Assembly (NCBI GenBank): GCA_964016885.1
Contig: OZ024758.1
Location: 3,968,001 to 4,032,000 of the forward strand
Source of the DNA: Eledone cirrhosa
Lineage: Eukaryota
Length of the DNA stretch: 64,000 nucleotides
Direction of reading: 5' to 3'
Shown here: positions 53,428 to 64,000 of the stretch, piece by piece
How positions within the stretch are numbered: position 1 is the stretch's first letter
Layout: each line of letters begins with the position of its first letter
Notes under the pieces: generated by a model
Databases searched by the model: none
What the model saw: the letters and a program-made list of their open reading frames with translations, nothing else
Told to the model about the DNA's origin: nothing
Program-made: the position numbers and the translations under genes

Positions 53428-53575
53428 AGTTTATCCCGGGTTCAATCAGAGGTAACCACAGAGTATAAATATTTAATATGCAGAGTATAAATATTTAATA
53501 TGCAGAGTATAAATATTTAATATGGAAAAGGCTTCTACAGGACTAGAACTGTTTAACTCGGGAGAAATCATCAGG
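53428..53575 (-). mobile_element. Family AB element with CUGAUGA core and internal 22-bp triplication
   Basis: Minus strand CTGATGATTTCTCCCGAGTTAAACAGTTCTAGTC; CAGAGTATAAATATTTAATATG occurs three times at about 53459-53524. Confidence 0.75.
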
Positions 53576-53945
53576 ATATATATATATATACACACACAAA
53601 AAATACAACGAAGACCCAGGCATAACCATAATATATATATTATGGTTATACCTGTTTTTGTTTTATATATGAGGTTGTACTTTCTTTGCCCTCTGTTACC
53701 TATCAATTCAAATTTGAATAATTAATTACTTCTCTGAAACAATGAATTCATTTCTTGTACCATATTGTGTTCATTGGGCCATTCCAGATAAATCGATTCT
53801 TGTCTCCTTCTTGATAGCTTTCACATACACACACACACAGATTCTCTCTCTCTCTCAAACACACACACATTTAGAAACTTAGAAACGTGTACACAGAGAT
53901 AATATATTTAATAACTCAGAAACTGACCACACGTAAAGAGGAAAA

Positions 53946-54135
53946 ATAATTGTTTCTACGTTAGGCACAAGGCCAGCAATTACCCAGTGCATTACTGGTA
54001 CTTTATTTTATCGACCCCGTAAGGATGAAAGGCAAAGTTAACCTCAGCGGGATTTGAACTCAGATCGTAAAGGGACGTAACTATGCTGGAAAGCATGGCG
54101 TCCGACGCTCTACCGATACTGCCAATCCACCGCCT
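53946..54135 (-). mobile_element. SINE family A, near-consensus
   Basis: Very similar to 46801-46990. Confidence 0.9.
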
Positions 54136-54243
54136 TAAAGAGCAAAAATAATGGAAGAATGTTGACGATCACCAGTTACTCTGTAGTCCATCAGAAATCA
54201 CCACACTTTCGATACCCCCCCCCCCCCCACACACACACACACA

Positions 54244-54282
<39 letters not shown>

Positions 54283-54384
54283 TGAAAAAAAAGGAAAATA
54301 ATGACTTCACTTGTAGTTCTAAATAATTTTATTTAATTTTATAATATTATAATATTATGAGTTAGTATACATACATACAATCTT

Positions 54385-54420
<36 letters not shown>

Positions 54421-54425
<5 letters not shown>

Positions 54426-54499
54426 TAACAGATTAAAGTTTAAGCAAAGAATCGGTGGTTTCACCCTTAGCGGGATCTTCTGAAACTCATATATGTATA

Positions 54500-54552
<53 letters not shown>

Positions 54553-54620
54553 GAAAAGTGTCAGAACTACGACGGCTGAGCTCCGGCGTTTCGCCGGCTA
54601 AATCCGAACTAAACCAGTAG
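54421..54620 (-). mobile_element. Two PLE-like fragments separated by (TA)n
   Basis: 54421-54488 is homologous to 408-480; 54551-54620 is family D. Confidence 0.6.
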
Positions 54621-54656
54621 TGTGTATATATATTTATTCATATGTATATATATTTA

Positions 54657-54689
<33 letters not shown>

Positions 54690-54695
<6 letters not shown>

Positions 54696-55024
54696 GTGAG
54701 GTTTTTTTTACAAAATGAAAAATAACCGAGGTGTCCTACACGAGTGGAAGTATAAAGAAAATGGGATGAAATCGAAAATGCAACTGAAGTCTTATTTTTT
54801 TTAAAATATATATATTTATTTGGTTTTCGAGCCAGTTTTTCCATATAAAACAAGTAACATTTAGAGACCAACCAGATGTGAGAAAAACCACAGACCCTCC
54901 ATCTCAACTCACCTTTTGAAAAGCAGAAGAACTGCGAAACCGGTAAAGGAACCAAATAAATATATATATTTTAAAAAAAATAAGACTTCAGTTGCATTTT
55001 CGATTTCATCCCATTTTCTTTATA
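54690..55024. mobile_element. Fold-back PLE-like insertion in (TA)n
   Basis: Arms 54751-54825 and 54950-55024 are apparently identical reverse complements; HHR precedes the right arm. Confidence 0.75.
54912..54949 (+). ncRNA. Minimal type-I hammerhead ribozyme with U3-A8 variant core
   Basis: CCUU-UUGAAAA-GCAG(AAGAA)CUGC-GAAA-CCGG-UA-AAGG, followed by AATAAA at 54955-54960. Confidence 0.75.
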
Positions 55025-55046
55025 TATATATATATATATATATATT

Positions 55047-55083
<37 letters not shown>

Positions 55084-55106
55084 ATACATATATATATATA
55101 TATATT

Positions 55107-55143
<37 letters not shown>

Positions 55144-55489
55144 ATACGCATATATATATGTATATATTTGTTTATACGAAAAATAATATCAAACGCAGTT
55201 AATCGGATAAATAAATACGCAAAAGACGTGAATGTGATTCACGAAGCTGGTTCCATTGTAAAATATGATACAACAAATACAATTACATTCTTTCTATTTG
55301 ACATAAGAAAAACAAATATCGAAATGGCTAAAAACTAATATGTCCATTGTATTTCCTAATAAAGCACGTTCATATATCTCGTTGTTAATGTTTTGATATG
55401 TTTATGTTGTTGGTATATATGCAAAACATGTTATTTTGTAGTGGTTTTATGTAGAAATCTATTGTTAAGTATGTCTGTATACACACATC

Positions 55490-57540
<2,051 letters not shown>

Positions 57541-57999
57541 GAGTGTGTGTGTGTGTGTATGTTTGAAAACAAAAAAGCTCGTGAATCATATCTAATCCAA
57601 ACGTGAGCACTGAGTCATTCTGAAATTCTAAATAGCACCAAACACGAGAAGCAGCAGTTTAGGTGCAGATGACTGGAGGATTTGATAACGCTTGCTGCTG
57701 CGAAAATAAATCAGAAAAATATCTCACACAAATAAGAAGAAATTCTGTTTGTTTTAAATTCATAACATTCTTCTGTTTATTTTGTATGAAATTATTCGAT
57801 GTTTCTCGTTTTGTTTCTACATGGATGTCTTATGTTATTAAGTATTTTTTAAGATTTATTTTGAATTTTTGTTCTATGTTCACTTAACACACGCGTAGCA
57901 AGGGGAGATAAATCTGGGTTTCACTTTGAAGTCAACATTTACGCAACACGTGACTCGTTGCATATGGACATTGATTGGATTTGGTTAATTTCTCCTCAC

Positions 58000-58470
58000 T
58001 TCTTTCTTTCTATCTTTCTTTCTATCTTTCTTCCTGTCTTTCTTACTATCTTTCTTCCTTTCTTTCTTTCTATCTTTCTTCCTATCTTTCTTCCTATCTT
58101 TCTTTCTATCTTTCTTTCTTCCTTTCTTTCTTTCTATCTTTCTTCCTTTCTTTCTTTCTATCTTTCTTCCTATCTTTCTTCCTATCTTTCTTCCTTTCTT
58201 TCTTTCTTCCTTCCTTTCTTTCTATCTTTCTTCCTATCTCATTTTCTATCTTTCTTTCTTCCTTTCTTCCTTTCTTTCTTTCTTTCTATCTTTCTATCTT
58301 TCTTTCTTCCTTTCTTTCTTTCTATCTTTCTATCTTTCTTCCTGTCTTTCTTTCTTTCTTGGTTGTTTGTTTGTTTGTTTTATATATATTTTTTTTGTTT
58401 TTTTATTTTATTTTATTTTATTTTATTTTATTTTATTTTATTTATTTATTTCATTTATTTATTTATTTGA
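58000..58470. repeat. Polypyrimidine (CTTT/CTAT/CTTC) tract followed by (TTTTA)n
   Basis: Seen directly. Confidence 0.9.
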
Positions 58471-58787
58471 GTATTGTAGACGGGAAAATGGTAGAATTAA
58501 TGAAGTATATGATAACTTACCTTCATATATCTCTGAAATGGTTTCAGCCAACTATGGAAACATCATTTCAGAGTCTTTCATATTGTTTGTAAAACTGGTT
58601 CACAACTGAGGCGAAATACCCACAATTTTAGTGCAGGAAAATTCCTATTAAACTGACCTCAGTACATGACTGGTAAATTATTTCGACTTGATCATCTCGG
58701 ATCATTTTGTTTATTTCACTGATTTCATAGATTTATAAATATCATTATATTTTATATCACAACACCTATTCTACATGCCTTCATACA

Positions 58788-59089
58788 TATCTATCTACCT
58801 ACCTACCTACCTACCTATCTACCTACCTACCTAGCTACCTATCTACCTACCTACCTATCTACCTACCTACCTACCTACCTACCTACCTACCTACCTATCT
58901 AACCTACCAACCCATCTACCTATCTACCTATCTACCTACCTACCTACCTATCTACCTACCTACCTACCTACCTACCTAACCTACCAACCCATCTACCTAT
59001 CTACCTACCTACCTACCTACCTACCTACCTACCTACCTACCTACCTACCTACCTACCTACCTAATCTACCAACCCATCTACCTATCTAC
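58788..59089. repeat. (CTAC/CTAT)n microsatellite
   Basis: Continues, degenerate, at 59529-59710 beyond the Tx1 insert. Confidence 0.9.
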
Positions 59090-59526
59090 AAAGAGAGGCG
59101 GTTTTCCTATGGTGTTCTGTGTTATGGTGGAGGAGGTTAAAAGGGCTGAGGTCAGACACCTTTCTCTCCGGCGAGCAACTGATTCGTTTTTTCAAATATC
59201 AGGATGGAGAGAGAGGTGCTGTACCCCAGCAAATTTTATAAAAGGTGGGTGAATGTGCCAAAGATGGCCCGAGTGGTTGGGCCTTCTCTCTATATAAGCC
59301 TGTAGGTTGAGGAAGAGAGGAAGGGAATACTCACTCTTTATGCTCCTGGAGATGTGGGTTGTACATTTTTTCGGGGTGTGTACAACCCCCGTGTAACCCC
59401 TCCTCCCTATTGGGGATTTCAATTGTTATTTGTTATTGTATTAAGAGTTTTATTTTCATATACCTGTATGTAAATTCCCCATTTGTATTTGTCCCCTTCT
59501 TTGTGCCCTTGTGGCTAATAAAGAAA
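59090..59526 (+). pseudogene. L1/Tx1-clade LINE 3' fragment
   Basis: VLWWRRLKGLRSDTFLSGEQLIRFFKY/(frameshift)RMEREVLYPSKFYKRWVNV..L* fits the W..R....F...W L1/Tx1 C-terminus; 3' UTR ends in AATAAAGAAA. Confidence 0.7.
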
Positions 59527-61122
59527 TGTATCTATCTACCTACCTATCTACTTACTTACCTACATACCTACCATCTTACCTACCTGCCTACTCACCTAGA
59601 TATCTTGCTATTTACCTACCTAGCTATCTACTTACCTAGATACCTTCCTCTTTACCCACCTACCTACATATCCTACCCACCGACATTCCTACTTATCTAT
59701 CTACCCATTGACCTTCCGATCGACCTCAATCTACATATTAAAACAAATCAGGTGACTAAGTAGATAGGGCAGAGGGTTCGTAAAAGCATAGGTAAGTAGG
59801 TTGAAATTGGAAGATTACGGCATTTCCTGAGATATATTTGGATATATAGGGATATATAAATGACAGAAAATAAATGAGAATTCCATAGAACGAAATGGTA
59901 AACAAACAATCAATACTGCAGCAAATGTATATTTTATTGATTGCTGAAATAATATTAATATATTTTGTTCATCGTATGATGAATATGTGTCATGTAAAAG
60001 ACTGTTAGGAAAACTTGATACTTTAAATGAAGGGGGACAACAATGCACCAGATATATGTATGGTGTGAAAACTTTGGTTGGTACGAGATCCATGATTCAT
60101 ATTCTGACGTATTTGTGTGGGTCAAAGACAACTGTATACAACAGATCTTCAGGTCTCGTACATGACTCGAGGTCATATGTGCCATTCAGAAACTGAACTT
60201 AAGACACTGAACATAAATGCAACTTTAGTTGAAGTTAGTCTAGAATAATAAAATTACTAGATTTATATGAAATTTTCCAGCCTACTGTGATGATCTTATA
60301 TTATTATCCTCTTCATAGAAGTTAGTCTATGGTATGAAGAGCTATGTAGTTCTGTCGCAGATAAACCCCCAAAATACCAATCTCACATCGATCGACTAGG
60401 TTTATGTTTAAATTGTCTTGGTTAGCTATGGCTTTAGATTTAGCTTAAACTCAATTATTTCTTCGTTTTGTTGTGTTTTGCATATTCACTTCTTATTGAA
60501 TTATTTAACCATTTATTATCTTCAACGTTCCAATTCAGTCACATACCATTCACATCTCTCTATGATTTTACCTTAATATTTTATTAACATTCCTCTCGAT
60601 AGCAAATGATAGGTTAATAAAAAAAACGCGCAGATATTTCCCATTTATCTGTTCAAAATAAGAACCAAATCATCTTTGTATTTCACAGTTCCATCCCGCA
60701 AACATTGTCTGAAATAAAAATATTACTAGATCAATAGATGAATGGCTGGTAACCTGGAATCGTAATATATGTTTATTTCAATTTTTTCTAAAGTTATTTG
60801 TGACTATATTGCCCTCAATGTTATTAATATATTATTCAACTATATAAATGAAGTATATGTCAGGAATTCCGTTAATAAAGCAAAGCAGTTGTTTTTATGT
60901 TTTACCAACGGATAGTTCTCACATCTACCAACCTGCACACTCACCCACATATGGACACAAACATGCATATATATTTTTGGGGGGACACCCTGTATAACTA
61001 TTGTGTGTGTGTGTGCGTGTGCGTGTGTGTGTCTGTTTCTATGTGTGTATAAAGAGATAGAGACACCCATATATATATAAAGGAAAACGAAGAATCAGTG
61101 ACGCATCGGAACACAATTTATT

Positions 61123-61215
61123 ACGTATTACAATTGTTTATCTGGCGAACAGCTCGAGGTACGATCCGTTTGTGGATCCAACCTGGCTCTGGATTCGCAA
61201 GTTTCTCAGATACGT
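61123..61215 (-). ncRNA. Hammerhead, core-mutated copy
   Basis: ACGUAU-CUGAGAA-long stem II-UAAA-C-AAUU-G-UA-AUACGU; 6-bp stem I perfect, G8A and G12U changes. Confidence 0.5.
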
Positions 61216-61246
61216 CTAGTGATTTCGAAGCAAATTCACCTTCTCA

Positions 61247-61339
61247 TCTTATCTGAGGAACTTGCGAATCCAGAGTCAGGTTTGATCGACAAACAGATCG
61301 CACCTCGAGCTGTTCGCCTGGGAAACAATTGTAATATGT
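61247..61339 (+). ncRNA. Hammerhead with intact core and long stem II
   Basis: UAU-CUGAGGA-62-nt imperfect hairpin-GAAA-C-AAUU-G-UA-AUA; stem I only 3 bp. Confidence 0.6.
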
Positions 61340-61458
61340 AATAAATTGTGTTCCGACGCAGCACTGATTCTTCGTTTTTATTTTATCATACGATGCTCCG
61401 AAGTAGTATAGAGTGCTCAACCGGCTTACCACCTATGGACGCATCCTAGCAACCATAC

Positions 61459-61537
<79 letters not shown>

Positions 61538-61882
61538 ACATACACACATACATACATACATACATACATACATACATACATACATACATACATACATACA
61601 CACATATCGCATGTTTCTACAATATTGTCTCAAAATAATTCCAACACATTGGAAGATTTATTTGTCTGGTGAATTGTTTTTATATCGTGAATTTAATAGA
61701 ATCAGAAATAGACGGTCAGTTATTCGGTAATTTGTATTATTTTGTCTATCTATATAATTATACCTCTCCTACCCTTTATATATCTTTCTAGCCATATGTA
61801 CGTATTTATATATAAATATATATCTATATCCATCCATCTGTCTATCTCTTTATGTATATTTGTAAATACATATATATATATA

Positions 61883-62131
61883 TTTTGTTTCTGAATTTGT
61901 TTAGCAAGATTCTTTATCTGAAAATGTGCGTTGAAACCGATATTGTTATGCTTTGGGAGGGTCATGTTGCCAATAAGAAACACATGCACTAGTTGCTTTC
62001 ACTTCAATTTATTATAAATTAAATTTATAAATTTAGGAATTTATAAATTTAATTTATAATAAATTGAAGTGAAAGGAACTGGTGCGTGTGTTTCTTATTG
62101 GAAACATGACCCTCCCAAAGCATAACAATAT
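61883..62131. mobile_element. Fold-back pLTR ends (palindrome 61940-62131) with ORF-start tail
   Basis: About 190-bp near-perfect palindrome; the left arm extends into MTLPKHNNIGFNAHFQIKNLAKQIQKQ on the minus strand. Confidence 0.75.
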
Positions 62132-62164
62132 ATATATATACACATATATATATATATATATAAC

Positions 62165-62280
62165 TGTAAAAGTCTCGTTTGTTATTGAACTCTGCCAGGA
62201 GTTGTGACATGTAGATAGTATCAGCAATGGAAAGACCAATCGAAACATTGTTTCCTTTGTCCAATTTGACGAGTTTCACC
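62165..62280 (+). mobile_element. CORE-type SINE type-3 tail fragment
   Basis: GGAAAGACCAATCGAAACATTGTTTCC..CCAATTTGACG. Confidence 0.55.
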
Positions 62281-62353
62281 CTACTTGGTAAGCAAATGAG
62301 CTCTGAGATCTTGTCGATCGAAAGGTTATCTAGCTATTAATCTATTAATGACC

Positions 62354-62391
<38 letters not shown>

Positions 62392-63747
62392 CAAACATAT
62401 ATATACACACATACACATATATCTATATATACAAACATATATATATATATATTATATACATATATATATAAACAAACATATATATATATATATAAACAAA
62501 CATATATATATATATATAAACAAACATATATATATTATATACACAAACATATATATATATATATACAAACAAACATATATATATATATATAAACAAACAT
62601 ATACATATGTATGTGTTTCTACATGTTCAATAGCCATTAGGGTGCATTATATTCTCTCCTGGCGTTTCTCCCTAGACAATATGCATTCCCTCTTTACTTA
62701 ATCATTTATTTCTCTCTTAAATTAATGAGTTTACACCTAACTTTCACTAGAAATGCTATCAACATCCCCGACTCTTTCGCCCTAATCTGTTTCAATCTCT
62801 CCCACATATTTTACATTATTTTTTCTCTATATTTTTCTCTCTTCTTCCTATAGTAGAAACAGTGATTTTCCATCTCTTTGTCTTTAACACTTTATTCACT
62901 TCCGTTTTCTCTATTTATATTAGAATTTCGTTATATTCTGACTACATTAATCCATTATCAGTTATATATGTCCCCTCTAGCTATCTCTTTCGGTATATCT
63001 CCCTTCTATTATCTAGATTTGTATCTCTCTTGTTTATACCATCTTCCACAATTCTCGAGACCTTCTTAGAAAACATTTCGCCGCAAACACCTACATGCTC
63101 AGAAATATACTACATATTGGTTCTTTTATATCCTTACTAGGCACAAAAGGAAAACTACTAATATGTAGGTCAAAATCTTAGACAAGTTGTTTCCAATCTA
63201 CAGGCCAGAATACACATTCTACAAACGCATACTTGGTACGTTCTTTCTTTTATGGTAATCGTCTTTTCAAAATATCGAATCTGCCACCGTTATAACCTAT
63301 GTTCCATTTTATTGAATTCTACAAAGATACTTCTTCAATTTCATACCACCTTCTTCCCTTTCTTTGTTTTGCCTGTCTCTTCAGTTCCATCGAAATCCTC
63401 TCAGAATTTCTATGTCATTATAAAAATGTCTTGCAATAAAAGTCTTTAACAAATAGCTCAAATCTACAATGACACTAAATCAATACCAATAACAGACTCT
63501 TTCACCTCAATATACGAACACACATCGATACATAAATATATACTAGCGAGTAAACATGTACATATACACACACGTAAACTCATATATGCAAGCGTTAAAT
63601 TAAATACGCATATATATATATGTATATATATATTCACGCACAGTGTCTCTCCCACGTACTCACTTACTCACACAAACATATAGCAATACATAAATATATA
63701 CAGGCTGGTAAATATACACATATACACAACCATATGCACACTTACAT

Positions 63748-63778
<31 letters not shown>

Positions 63779-63929
63779 CACACACATGTATATATATATA
63801 TATATATACACACACACAGTTTCTGCTCCGTACACACTAACTGACACAAACATACATATACATAAATATATACAAGCTCATAAACATACACACATATATT
63901 CTCTCATACGTACAGACTAACACACATAC

Positions 63930-63995
<66 letters not shown>

Positions 63996-64000
63996 TTAAG

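Larger units (their letters stand above)
61084..61460. mobile_element. Back-to-back PLE-like pseudo-LTR pair
   Basis: About 130-bp inverted arms 61084-61212 and 61250-61378, each with an HHR and AATAAA. Confidence 0.75.

Noticed and set aside
60015-60200. Possible minus-strand exon (FLNGTYDLESCTRPEDLLYTVVFDPHKY)
   Set aside because: Weak splice signals and no recognisable homology.

Overview
AT-rich, microsatellite-saturated eukaryotic non-coding DNA. The recurring SINE families suggest an octopod cephalopod (inferred from recalled repeat motifs, not from a search). No intact protein-coding gene is supported; nearly all long ORFs in the track are translated simple repeats. The window holds many tRNA-derived SINEs (a Meta/MESC-like family and CORE-type SINEs with several tails), short LINE relics (RTE, R4/Dong, L1-Tx1), Tc1/mariner and hAT-type relics, and minisatellites. 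The most notable signal is a dense set of short elements in or next to (TA)n tracts that carry minimal type-I hammerhead ribozyme (HHR) motifs, often followed by AATAAA and often arranged as fold-back pairs, as in Penelope-like element (PLE) pseudo-LTRs. Three HHRs look structurally complete (215-269, 14885-14948, 54912-54949), the last with a compensatory U3-A8 core. One family also keeps the start of its parent ORF, conserved through synonymous codon changes. All alignments and folds were done by eye.
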